Positions 53,464 to 61,384 of a stretch of 64,000 nt of DNA are shown one piece after another. Each line of letters opens with the position of its first letter. Positions within the stretch are counted from its first letter, which is position 1. A program made the position numbers and the translations under genes. Source of the DNA: a virus; the IMG/VR virus record IMGVR_UViG_3300045988_155520, positions 160,001 through 224,000 of that record. One strand, given 5' to 3'. Under the pieces are notes generated by a model, which did no database searches, was not told the origin of the DNA, and worked only from the letters and a program-made list of their open reading frames with translations.

Positions 53464-53808
53464 TTATTTGTATATACTTAAGATGTTGAGAGTTTTAATA
53501 AACTCGTTCTGTAGTGTTTCTGATGCGTCTATACTTCGAACACTCCATGCAATAGGCTCGTTATCATCACACTCTCCACTCTTCCAATCGTGCAACTCAA
53601 ATAACTTCTCATTAACACTAATAACCCACGTGTAATGTATCTCTTTATCTTTACTTAATTTGTCCTTTGTCGGTTCTCCAAATACACTTTCTAAAACACT
53701 CTTCGCAATAGGTTTTGTTTGCGTAATAAATGTTGTACAAGTGTCGGGAATGTTATCCTCCTTCTGATATACTTCAATTTGAAGGTTATTAATATTTACT
53801 TGTTTCAT
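53464..53808 (-). CDS. Hypothetical protein (114 aa); distant member of the 60722/62301/63264 family
   Basis: ORF track. G-x-P ... W-[YV]-[LI] pattern. Confidence 0.6.
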   Translation of the reverse strand: MKQVNINNLQIEVYQKEDNIPDTCTTFITQTKPIAKSVLESVFGEPTKDKLSKDKEIHYTWVISVNEKLFELHDWKSGECDDNEPIAWSVRSIDASETLQNEFIKTLNILSIYK

Positions 53809-53812
53809 AATC

Positions 53813-54103
53813 TTAAACTAATATGTTAGTAAAAACTTTTTCGCACATATCATCTGATAATACACTATCTTCTGATGATGTAACCATTTCTCCATTAAGT
53901 AAATTAGTGGACGTAAAATAGAATTTATCTGTCTTCTTGTTATAAGAAACTCTTTTTACAGCACACATATAAACATCTTGATGATTAATTGATAATACTT
54001 CAATGTATGGACGTTCATTCAATTTCCTATCACTAAAATCTACAATGAACGTACGATTCTTTTTCATACGTGCGATAGCTTTCTTTCTATTATCTTGATA
54101 CAT
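53813..54103 (-). CDS. Hypothetical protein (96 aa), paralog of 57765..58097
   Basis: RKKAIARMKKNRTFIVDF versus RKDAINRMEKFNTFEVDF. Confidence 0.65.
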   Translation of the reverse strand: MYQDNRKKAIARMKKNRTFIVDFSDRKLNERPYIEVLSINHQDVYMCAVKRVSYNKKTDKFYFTSTNLLNGEMVTSSEDSVLSDDMCEKVFTNILV

Positions 54104-54137
54104 AATTCTATTTGTTTAATTTTTTGTAAAGTGTGTA

Positions 54138-54362
54138 TTACTTTCTGTTTCGCTTTTGTAAACAAGTTGTAACATAATCAAATAGTTTATCTTCATTTAT
54201 GTTACCTTCCTTGTCTTCAAAGTCCGACAACGTTTTACCTTCAAACTGATATACACTATCTTTATCAGTGTTAATACCGAAATCTAAAGTAACTTTTATT
54301 CCTTTTATATTTGCACATGAATAATTCTTTATTGCACACGCACCAATTCTAACTTCTTTCAT
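54138..54362 (-). CDS. Hypothetical protein (74 aa)
   Basis: ORF track. Confidence 0.6.
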   Translation of the reverse strand: MKEVRIGACAIKNYSCANIKGIKVTLDFGINTDKDSVYQFEGKTLSDFEDKEGNINEDKLFDYVTTCLQKRNRK

Positions 54363-54390
54363 AATTCTATTTGTTATTGATTTATATTTG

Positions 54391-54398
54391 CAAAGTTA
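54391..54398 (-). promoter_or_regulatory. -7 box
   Basis: Sense TAACTTTG, about 29 nt upstream of ATG 54362. Confidence 0.55.
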
Positions 54399-54454
54399 AT
54401 GATATAAATCGAATATACAAAATTATTATAGTTAAACAAAGTTAATACATAAAA

Positions 54455-54488
54455 ATAACCGACATGACATTTGTTTCGTGTCGGTTAT
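54455..54488 (-). terminator. Rho-independent terminator
   Basis: ATAACCGACA-N14-TGTCGGTTAT. Confidence 0.7.
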
Positions 54489-54500
54489 AAATTATGTCTT

Positions 54501-54854
54501 TTATATAGACATTTTCAAATAATCATTTACGTAATTCATAGTTTCTTTGTCTTCAAATATTTTATCACGATACTTGTTTACTAACTCAAGTGCCTCATTA
54601 TCGGTAACACTTTTAATATTATAATCTTTATCGCACGTATAAAAATTATGTCTAGTATTGAAGTTTATAAAGTTAAGTTGTTTTTTGAAATCTTTTCTAT
54701 TAAAGGAATGTACCCACTGACCATAATCACACATAGGGTGTAAAAATATTTCTTCATTATTATTGTTAGCAAATGTATTGTGTATAAAAATTTTCTCTTC
54801 AAGTTGAAGGGTGTCAAAAATTCTATTGAATCTTTTAAAATCTATATTAATCAT
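54501..54854 (-). CDS. Hypothetical protein (117 aa), related to the C-terminal half of 54891..55532
   Basis: FIHNTFANNNNEEIFLHPM / LIHNEYALFNAVDDYLIPM, and YTCDKDYNIKSVT / FVCDKERNTKSLT. Confidence 0.65.
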   Translation of the reverse strand: MINIDFKRFNRIFDTLQLEEKIFIHNTFANNNNEEIFLHPMCDYGQWVHSFNRKDFKKQLNFINFNTRHNFYTCDKDYNIKSVTDNEALELVNKYRDKIFEDKETMNYVNDYLKMSI

Positions 54855-54890
54855 AACTTTATTTTTAAATGTTACTTAAAAGTGTACTTA

Positions 54891-55532
54891 TTATTTATCT
54901 CCAAACAAGATAGGATATTTTTCATGTAATTTTTTCATAAAGTTAATATCATAATACATTTCAGTTAGATATTTGAAAGTTATATCTGATGCCTCCCTTC
55001 TTGTCAAACTCTTTGTATTCCTTTCTTTGTCACATACAAAGTATTTACTTTTTTTGTTAAACTTATCTTCACAAATTAATGGTTTCTTTCCACACTCAAT
55101 CTCCATATTTTTAAAAATATCGAAATATTCCATAGGGATTAGATAATCATCTACAGCGTTAAATAACGCATATTCATTGTGTATCAAAGTTCTTTCCTTA
55201 ACACTTAAAGTTTTAAATCTTTCCTCAAATTCATAAGGATATACGTTATTAAGAAAGTTTCTCTTAATACAATTGAATACCTCCCATTTAGAGTATGTAT
55301 CAATATCCATATCATTAAGAATATAATTGTTACCGCAATATGTTACGTAATATAGTAATCTATCATAATCGAAACAATCATCTATTATCACTTTATTAAC
55401 GGAAACATTGCAATAGTTTCCGTTAAAATCGGCACAAACTTCGGGTACATCATTTTTAAAGACGAATCCCTTTATATTATTCCTTCTCATAAAAGACATA
55501 AGGAAATATTTAAATTCTTCTCTATTATTCAT
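54891..55532 (-). CDS. Hypothetical protein (213 aa)
   Basis: ORF track. Confidence 0.7.
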   Translation of the reverse strand: MNNREEFKYFLMSFMRRNNIKGFVFKNDVPEVCADFNGNYCNVSVNKVIIDDCFDYDRLLYYVTYCGNNYILNDMDIDTYSKWEVFNCIKRNFLNNVYPYEFEERFKTLSVKERTLIHNEYALFNAVDDYLIPMEYFDIFKNMEIECGKKPLICEDKFNKKSKYFVCDKERNTKSLTRREASDITFKYLTEMYYDINFMKKLHEKYPILFGDK

Positions 55533-55561
55533 AATTCTTATTTGTTATTAATTTATGTATG

Positions 55562-55569
55562 CAAAAATA
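55562..55569 (-). promoter_or_regulatory. -7 box
   Basis: Sense TATTTTTG, about 30 nt upstream of ATG 55532. Confidence 0.5.
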
Positions 55570-55654
55570 ACAATAAACTTTCAAATAAACAAATAAAAAT
55601 CTATATTTAACATATAATTAACTTTATTACTCTTGAGATATTATTTCGATATGC

Positions 55655-55687
55655 TATATATAATATATTACGCATACGCATGAAGGA
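55655..55687 (+). repeat. Alternating purine-pyrimidine element, copy B
   Basis: TATATATAATATATTACGCATACGCATGAAGGA. Confidence 0.8.
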
Positions 55688-55793
55688 TATACAGTTAAAC
55701 CATAATTTGCGTTTTAAGCGTGTTTTATAGTCACTTTCTTATAACTTGTCAAGAATATAATTTAAGTCCGTCAAACACAAAATAAAACCCCAC

Positions 55794-55818
55794 CAACGCA
55801 ATGTATTATATTACGTTG
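55794..55818 (-). terminator. Hairpin terminator
   Basis: CAACGCAAT-N7-ATTACGTTG (1 mismatch). Confidence 0.5.
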
Positions 55819-55846
55819 ATAGGATTAAATTATGAAAGTATTTATT

Positions 55847-56071
55847 TTAATTGTTTTCGTCTTCTATCTTTTCAATTTCATAAGAATAAGCGGTTCTTTC
55901 CTCCCACCCATTTTTAATGTAAATTTCACTATCCCCTGCCACACCATTATCTCTCATTCTGAAAATAACCCATGTCAGTTCATTATCACCTTCACAGAAA
56001 CTTTCACTATCACTATTATAGCGTACCGAATCTCCGCAATAAAGTTCCTTTCCGTTCTTATCAGTTACCAT
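55847..56071 (-). CDS. Hypothetical protein (74 aa), possibly YopX-like
   Basis: DKNGKELYCGDSV resembles the YopX D-x-N-G-K-E-I-Y-E-G-D motif. Confidence 0.5.
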   Translation of the reverse strand: MVTDKNGKELYCGDSVRYNSDSESFCEGDNELTWVIFRMRDNGVAGDSEIYIKNGWEERTAYSYEIEKIEDENN

Positions 56072-56375
56072 TTCCCAATTCCTTGTTTATGTCTTCTATT
56101 ATAGTTGAGTAAACATATTCCATTGTGTTATATAATGGGTCGTACTCGTTTAATCTATAAACATCATCACAATCATTTACAATAATTTGCAATTTATCAT
56201 CATCATTCAAGATGACTTTACTAACTGCCAAATCTAAAATATCTTCTTTTACTTGACAAAGAACATAAGGCACATCTTCGATTAACCATTCGCCTTCATT
56301 ACTGATAAACGTTAATTCTTTAATATCATTTGCTTTCATTAAAGAAATTGCGTGTTTTCTAAATAGTCCGTTCAT
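56061..56375 (-). CDS. Hypothetical protein (104 aa), paralog of 51392..51688
   Basis: ORF track plus paralogy. Confidence 0.65.
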   Translation of the reverse strand: MNGLFRKHAISLMKANDIKELTFISNEGEWLIEDVPYVLCQVKEDILDLAVSKVILNDDDKLQIIVNDCDDVYRLNEYDPLYNTMEYVYSTIIEDINKELGNGN

Positions 56376-56402
56376 AATTCTATTATTTAAATTTGTTTGT
56401 TC

Positions 56403-56765
56403 TTACTTAATTTCGAATAGTGTTGAGAGTTTCTTAAGTTCATTCTTAATCCACATAGTATCTTCCAATACGTCCTTCAATTCATAGGGTGCACCATTCT
56501 TTCCGTGTCCGTCCCAATCAAGCCAAATGTAAGTTTCATATGATACATCATAACTCTCGTCATATTCTTTGAATGTTTTATAAATTTGTTCCTTTGTAGT
56601 GTTGTCCTTAAACTCGTACTCAAAAACAATATCACGTCCTGTAGGCGACCATTTTTCAATCGAAAGTTCAACTTGTTTCTCTTTTTCGTTGATTGTCGTG
56701 CTAACCTTCCACTCTGTATCTTTTAACTTATTCTCAAAATACTTTTCAATATTAACTAAATTCAT
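56403..56765 (-). CDS. Hypothetical protein (120 aa)
   Basis: ORF track. Confidence 0.65.
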   Translation of the reverse strand: MNLVNIEKYFENKLKDTEWKVSTTINEKEKQVELSIEKWSPTGRDIVFEYEFKDNTTKEQIYKTFKEYDESYDVSYETYIWLDWDGHGKNGAPYELKDVLEDTMWIKNELKKLSTLFEIK

Positions 56766-56808
56766 AATTCTTAAATGTTTTAATTGTTAATGTTTTGAAT
56801 AACTGATG

Positions 56809-56816
56809 CAAAGGTA
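56809..56816 (-). promoter_or_regulatory. -7 box
   Basis: Sense TACCTTTG, about 44 nt upstream of ATG 56765. Confidence 0.55.
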
Positions 56817-56893
56817 CAAATAAGTTTTTTATTATGCAAGTAAAATTAAGTATTTAACATTTAATTAACATATCTATAATTTTAGATGTAAAC

Positions 56894-56936
56894 CAAAGAA
56901 GATAAGCAATTATTCTCAAACTACTTACCTTCTTTG
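56894..56936 (-). terminator. Hairpin terminator
   Basis: CAAAGAAGATAAG-N17-CTTACCTTCTTTG (1 mismatch). Confidence 0.6.
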
Positions 56937-56941
56937 TTCAC

Positions 56942-57466
56942 TTATTTTTTACAACACAACTCTTGTATCTTGTCATAAAAGTTTTTCTCAAACTTATCAA
57001 AATTATTCAAAAAGTACTCCATATCATTTATTACGTCTTGAGGATATGGATATTCAAAAATATCTATTTTGTTCCAAAAAGTGCCGTAAAATACACCTTC
57101 CTGAGAAATCATAAGATTTTTTGGATTCTCTGTGCTACCGTTTTCCACACCGATATATTTTATTCTTTCTTTCTCATCATCATCACCTATAATTGCATAA
57201 CAACTAAGAAAACCTAATTTTTCATCCCAACCATTAGCAATTGCACATAAAGTACGTGTTTTATCACTTTCCTTTAATTTACTATGTTTAAGTGTACTAA
57301 CAAGCAAAAATCTATGCTTTATCAAATGATTTGCAGTATCTATCAAATCTATAATTCTATCACCCAAAGAAAGAATTTTATCTCTCAATGAAAACATTTT
57401 CTCCTTCTGTTTGTACTCTTCACTCTGCTTGTAAGCGTTGGCAATTTCGTTTTCAAACTTAATCAT
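56942..57466 (-). CDS. Hypothetical protein (174 aa)
   Basis: ORF track. Confidence 0.7.
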   Translation of the reverse strand: MIKFENEIANAYKQSEEYKQKEKMFSLRDKILSLGDRIIDLIDTANHLIKHRFLLVSTLKHSKLKESDKTRTLCAIANGWDEKLGFLSCYAIIGDDDEKERIKYIGVENGSTENPKNLMISQEGVFYGTFWNKIDIFEYPYPQDVINDMEYFLNNFDKFEKNFYDKIQELCCKK

Positions 57467-57494
57467 AATTCTAAATTGTTTTAAATTGTTTGTT

Positions 57495-57510
57495 TCAGCA
57501 ATATTACTGA
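57495..57510. promoter_or_regulatory. Class I leader near-palindrome
   Basis: TCAGCAATATTACTGA. Confidence 0.5.
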
Positions 57511-57520
57511 TTTATGCTTG

Positions 57521-57528
57521 CAAATGTA
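57521..57528 (-). promoter_or_regulatory. -7 box
   Basis: Sense TACATTTG, about 55 nt upstream of ATG 57466. Confidence 0.55.
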
Positions 57529-57601
57529 AGGATAAAAATTCAAATACGCAAGTAAATTTCTTATTTTAACTTTTAATTAACATTTGAATGATTATAGAAG
57601 A

Positions 57602-57631
57602 TTATATAATATACACATACGCATGAATGAA
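57602..57631 (+). repeat. Alternating purine-pyrimidine element, copy D
   Basis: TTATATAATATACACATACGCATGAATGAA. R/Y alternation at 57609..57625. Confidence 0.75.
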
Positions 57632-57720
57632 TCTAATATATGCGTTTTAAGACGTTTAAATAATAGTAACCTTATATGTACCTATAAAGTTGAATATAAG
57701 CTATTAGATAACAAAAGAAA

Positions 57721-57756
57721 ACCTCATAAAGGTATTTGTATATTCCTTCATGAGGT
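57721..57756 (-). terminator. Rho-independent terminator
   Basis: ACCTCATAAAGG-N12-CCTTCATGAGGT (1 mismatch). Confidence 0.65.
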
Positions 57757-57764
57757 AACTATGT

Positions 57765-58097
57765 TTATATTTTCTTGTACACTGATATATTGATATAATT
57801 CAACACTTCATTAAATACAAAATCGCACATAGAATAAGAAAACTCATCTTCATTTAATCTCTTTTCTATTCGTGTGTTGTATGTTTCGTATTTCAAAGTA
57901 AATACGTCTTTATTTTTATCATATTGTACTTCATTTATTATGATTGTACATACACACCCTTCACCAACAACCCTTATAGAAGGGCGTGAACTTCTTACTA
58001 TGATAGTAAAATCAACTTCAAACGTATTGAATTTTTCCATACGATTTATAGCATCTTTCCTATCTTGTTCTATGTATGTCTTATATATTCCCTCCAT
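57765..58097 (-). CDS. Hypothetical protein (110 aa), paralog of 53813..54103
   Basis: ORF track plus paralogy. Confidence 0.65.
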   Translation of the reverse strand: MEGIYKTYIEQDRKDAINRMEKFNTFEVDFTIIVRSSRPSIRVVGEGCVCTIIINEVQYDKNKDVFTLKYETYNTRIEKRLNEDEFSYSMCDFVFNEVLNYINISVYKKI

Positions 58098-58172
58098 TAT
58101 TGTTTATTTTATTATGTAATACAATCATATTTACTTGTTTTATTCATTTGCAAGTATATTAACTTGTTTTAC

Positions 58173-58397
58173 TTACTTTGCTGTAATTGTTACCTTTGTA
58201 AGTTTCAACCACTGATATCCTAAAGCACTTTTACGCTTTTTATTTGCGCACGCTGCAATATTTCCAATGGTTGCACGATTGTTACTTCCTAAAGCAATTG
58301 CAGCCTCCGTGCATGAATTATAACGTGCAATTACTTTGCCGTCCTTCACTTGTGCAACGGCTACTGATTGATATTTCTTTTTCTTATTTTCTCCCAT
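58173..58397 (-). CDS. Stand-alone NUMOD/IENR-like HTH DNA-binding protein (74 aa)
   Basis: QVKDGKVIARYNSCTEAAIALGSNNRATIGNIAACANKKRKSALGYQW matches the DNA-binding module found at homing-endonuclease C-termini (from memory). Confidence 0.55.
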   Translation of the reverse strand: MGENKKKKYQSVAVAQVKDGKVIARYNSCTEAAIALGSNNRATIGNIAACANKKRKSALGYQWLKLTKVTITAK

Positions 58398-58413
58398 ATT
58401 ATTGTCCTTCCTT

Positions 58414-58608
58414 TTAATCTAACTTAATCGGAGAAATACCACAAGTTTTTAACATTTCATTTACTTTGTCCATGTTTGTTTCTCTTTCAGCACCAACTTC
58501 CTCCAAAAAATCTTGCAACGTTTGCCCGATAAATGATATACCTCCAAAAGGTGTGTTATCATCTTCTAACTTCACATTGAGATATTTGCTTACTGACTTG
58601 TTACTCAT
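58414..58608 (-). CDS. Hypothetical protein (64 aa)
   Basis: ORF track; 16 nt upstream of the HTH gene. Confidence 0.55.
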   Translation of the reverse strand: MSNKSVSKYLNVKLEDDNTPFGGISFIGQTLQDFLEEVGAERETNMDKVNEMLKTCGISPIKLD

Positions 58609-58740
58609 GACTTCTAATTTTATATATTTATTTAATTATATTCTTATATTTAGATATATTAATGTATTTATATCTTTTTATAATTGTTTATTTATTCATA
58701 TCCTCCCTTCACTTGAAAGGAGGTTATGAATATTTTGTTT

Positions 58741-59094
58741 TTAATCGGTTGTTTGAATAAAGTAATTTAAATCATCACCTTTGAAAGTAGAGAGTGCTTT
58801 ATCTCGTGCAACATAATAGAGTTCAGTGTACAATCTTGTAAGTTGCTCATTTCCTCTCTCATGTAATTCCCATGCCTTGATGTTAAGAGCCATAGTAAAC
58901 TCTGTAAAATATTTCACATCGTCCTTCCACTCTTTTACAATACGATTAAAGGTTTCCTCAATTGCCTTCTGTCCTCCCATTAATTCTGCAATTGTTAAAT
59001 CACTTGAAAATGTTGTAAAACGTTCATATCCGCTTTCAGCCATGACATTTTCAAAGTAATTTTCTGACATCATTGCTGCTTGAAATACGTTCAT
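58741..59094 (-). CDS. Hypothetical protein (117 aa)
   Basis: ORF track. Confidence 0.65.
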   Translation of the reverse strand: MNVFQAAMMSENYFENVMAESGYERFTTFSSDLTIAELMGGQKAIEETFNRIVKEWKDDVKYFTEFTMALNIKAWELHERGNEQLTRLYTELYYVARDKALSTFKGDDLNYFIQTTD

Positions 59095-59122
59095 AATTCT
59101 TATTTGTTTTAATTTGTTATAT

Positions 59123-59134
59123 GGGAATATTCCC
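59123..59134. promoter_or_regulatory. Class II leader palindrome (perfect)
   Basis: GGGAATATTCCC within ATATGGGAATATTCCCTTGTTGTTTT. Confidence 0.55.
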
Positions 59135-59155
59135 TTGTTGTTTTGAATTACGATG

Positions 59156-59163
59156 CAAAGATA
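59156..59163 (-). promoter_or_regulatory. -7 box
   Basis: Sense TATCTTTG, about 62 nt upstream of ATG 59094. Confidence 0.6.
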
Positions 59164-59250
59164 GTAATAAAAGTTGGAATGTACAAGTAAATTTTTCTTT
59201 TTAACTTGAGATTAACATTTCTATAAATTTATGTTAATTTATTTAGATAA

Positions 59251-59258
59251 TAACTTTG
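59251..59258 (+). promoter_or_regulatory. Orphan plus-strand TAnnTTTG box pointing into the non-coding region
   Basis: TAACTTTG on the plus strand, with no plus-strand ORF downstream. Confidence 0.3.
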
Positions 59259-59440
59259 CAATTGAAGTATAAATTAATAAATTAGCTATAAGGCTGTTTA
59301 TTTTCGTTATAAGGGACTTTATACTACAAAGTGGTATATTTACTCATAAAACAAAAAATAAAGCGTCAAAACGCAAATATTTAAATTATTTCAGTTGGAA
59401 TGATGATAGTTTTATTATTTTCAAATTTTCTGCAAAAGTT

Positions 59441-59473
59441 TCCTTCGTGCGTGCGCATGCGTATATATTATAT
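59441..59473 (-). repeat. Alternating purine-pyrimidine element, copy G (inverted orientation, longest)
   Basis: TCCTTCGTGCGTGCGCATGCGTATATATTATAT. 23 nt of perfect R/Y alternation at 59446..59468. Confidence 0.8.
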
Positions 59474-59562
59474 CTAGTAATAATAATATAATACTAGTAA
59501 TTAATATATAATTAAAATATAATATCTAGTATATAATAAATTAATTATATATTCTAGTATTA
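59468..59562. repeat. Four AT-rich CTAGTA-containing iteron-like units
   Basis: CTAG at 59474, 59494, 59526 and 59554, each within (A/T)T(A/C)TCTAGTA(A/T)TAAT-like units. Confidence 0.6.
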
Positions 59563-59779
59563 ATTTATAATATTATAAAAAGAAAAAAATATAAAAAAAG
59601 AAAAAGTTAAAACTTTCAGAGTGCAATAGAAAAGTCATTGTTTGGAAAGTTTTTATTTTTAATAAAAATCATATTCCAACTTTAGATTTAAAAATTACCG
59701 TGGCCAGGCCATGAAAAACGGAAAAAATTGAAGGAATTTTCACTTTTCAGAATTTTTTGAGTAGAGTAGAAAAAGAATA

Positions 59780-59818
59780 AACGGCTCAGATTAGCGTTTA
59801 TTTGCTCTCTAAGCCGTT
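59780..59818 (-). terminator. Hairpin terminator
   Basis: AACGGCT-N25-AGCCGTT. Confidence 0.45.
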
Positions 59819-59865
59819 ATAACCACATTTGCAGTATAATTGTACTCTAAATCAAAAACAAGCCG

Positions 59866-60522
59866 TTAGAACGCAACAAATAGGGTTTTATCGTAAATCA
59901 TTTCTGTTGAGTAACATTGTACAGCCAAACGGCACATACGCAGTCCAAAGTTTTCAGGAGAACCAAGTTCACCTTCGTTCCATAGTTCGTTTATCTGCTT
60001 TAAGACAATAATTTTACCATAAGTTTTGTTTAACCTTTCCAAAGTGTTGTACAATCTTCTGCAGGCGTTTTCGTCATAGCAAAGATACCTTCTTTCTCCA
60101 AACTCATTAATATCTTTGTTTTCACGATGCAAACTAACTTCATAATACATTAGCGGTCTTAAATTAGGAATAAACTTGTTTAGTTTATCAAACGAAGGAC
60201 ATGGTTTTTTATATAACCCCACTTTGTAATAAATTTTACCAATTCTTTCCTCTATGCGTTCTACTTTTACCAAACAGCCATAATTTTCCTTATAACTATC
60301 TACTATTTCAAGAACACTGAAACGTCCTACCTTATAGTGGTGAAGTATTGCAGAATTATTATTAAAAGATATTTCGGTAATTTCTAACTTTATCTTTGCT
60401 GTAAAAGTTAAAATAAGTTCTGAAAAATTATTTGTTCTATCTTTCAATAACTTGTCAACCGCAGTAGAAATTGTTTCGTTTAAAAACTCTTTCAAATCAT
60501 CTAAATAGTGAATTTCTTTCAT
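59866..60522 (-). CDS. Hypothetical protein (218 aa)
   Basis: ORF track. Confidence 0.7.
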   Translation of the reverse strand: MKEIHYLDDLKEFLNETISTAVDKLLKDRTNNFSELILTFTAKIKLEITEISFNNNSAILHHYKVGRFSVLEIVDSYKENYGCLVKVERIEERIGKIYYKVGLYKKPCPSFDKLNKFIPNLRPLMYYEVSLHRENKDINEFGERRYLCYDENACRRLYNTLERLNKTYGKIIVLKQINELWNEGELGSPENFGLRMCRLAVQCYSTEMIYDKTLFVAF

Positions 60523-60549
60523 AATTCTATTTGTTTTAAATTGTTTGTT

Positions 60550-60565
60550 TCAGCACTATTACTGA
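60550..60565. promoter_or_regulatory. Class I leader near-palindrome
   Basis: TCAGCACTATTACTGA. Confidence 0.5.
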
Positions 60566-60575
60566 TTTATATTTG

Positions 60576-60583
60576 CAAAGATA
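60576..60583 (-). promoter_or_regulatory. -7 box
   Basis: Sense TATCTTTG, about 54 nt upstream of ATG 60522. Confidence 0.6.
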
Positions 60584-60660
60584 AGCATAAATTTTCAAAC
60601 CACCAAATTTATAACGTTAAATGATGTTAAACAAAAACTTTAATTGAATTAAATAAAAAA

Positions 60661-60695
60661 GTAGTGTGCTAACTATATAAGTAAAAACACACTAC
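60661..60695 (-). terminator. Rho-independent terminator
   Basis: GTAGTGTG-N19-CACACTAC. Confidence 0.6.
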
Positions 60696-60721
60696 CATAA
60701 ACAAATGTATAGAATTATGAA

Positions 60722-61276
60722 TTAATAATCAAGTTCAATATATCCGTCAGAGATAAGTTCATGTAAAGAAACCTCGTCTAAAAGTTTATTAATCAAAAAC
60801 TCTCTCAATACCTTCTTAAAAGATACTTTTGAATCACTATCAGTATCAAAGGCAAAATCATACCAAACATCAGCATTGAAATATGTATCAACAAGTTCCA
60901 ACAACTCACTATTTGTTTTCTTTTCTAACAAGTTTTTATAACCTTTAGAAAGAAACAGAAAATATTTGAGGATAAGTTCCAAATCTTCATTTTTTGTATT
61001 AGTCGTTGAAATCTGAATTTTATTATATGTTCGAGAAATTTTATCTATTGTCAAACTTATAAGAATAATATCATCATTAACATTTAAATACCAACTATCC
61101 GCATTATAATCAATTCTCGTATTTGGTACACCAAGTATGCGAATAATATCATCAATAGGTAAATTAACGGTCCTATTATACTTTTCCTTAAATTTGATAT
61201 CACTATAATCATCAAATTCCTCATCATACAAAGCATTAATAATTGAATTAACCTTTGGAAAATCAATCTGTAGCAT
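60722..61276 (-). CDS. Hypothetical protein (184 aa), paralog of 63264..63815
   Basis: ADSWYLNVNDDIILISLT / SATWYLQIHEGIYTLTFS, plus shared C-terminal halves. Confidence 0.7.
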   Translation of the reverse strand: MLQIDFPKVNSIINALYDEEFDDYSDIKFKEKYNRTVNLPIDDIIRILGVPNTRIDYNADSWYLNVNDDIILISLTIDKISRTYNKIQISTTNTKNEDLELILKYFLFLSKGYKNLLEKKTNSELLELVDTYFNADVWYDFAFDTDSDSKVSFKKVLREFLINKLLDEVSLHELISDGYIELDY

Positions 61277-61305
61277 AACTCTTAAATGTTTTAGTTTGTT
61301 TTTGT

Positions 61306-61317
61306 GGGACTATTCCC
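61306..61317. promoter_or_regulatory. Class II leader element
   Basis: GGGACTATTCCC within TTGTGGGACTATTCCCTTGTTGTTT. Confidence 0.5.
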
Positions 61318-61333
61318 TTGTTGTTTATGTTTG

Positions 61334-61341
61334 CAAAGGTA
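61334..61341 (-). promoter_or_regulatory. -7 box overlapping a stem-loop
   Basis: Sense TACCTTTG, about 58 nt upstream of ATG 61276. Confidence 0.5.
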
Positions 61342-61375
61342 CGGATAAAAAGTCATATAAACAAATTATCCGTAC
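61339..61375 (-). terminator. 9-bp stem-loop overlapping the -7 box
   Basis: GTACGGATA-N19-TATCCGTAC. Confidence 0.65.
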
Positions 61376-61384
61376 TAAATAATG

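Noticed and set aside
57584-57793. Track ORF 57584..57793(+), and 55832..56104(+), in or next to intergenic cassettes
   Set aside because: They run against the uniform gene direction, span the promoter, repeat and terminator elements or overlap better minus-strand ORFs, and have low-complexity hydrophobic translations.
59468-59562. AT-rich CTAGTA repeats as a CRISPR array
   Set aside because: The units are short (about 15-20 nt), degenerate and irregularly spaced (20, 32 and 28 nt). They have no unique spacers and no cas genes.
45175-59722. Shared GGCC...CATG(G/A)AAAACGG motif between 45178..45198 and 59703..59721
   Set aside because: This is only a 12-mer with one mismatch. A match of that length is expected by chance in all-against-all comparison of 64 kb.
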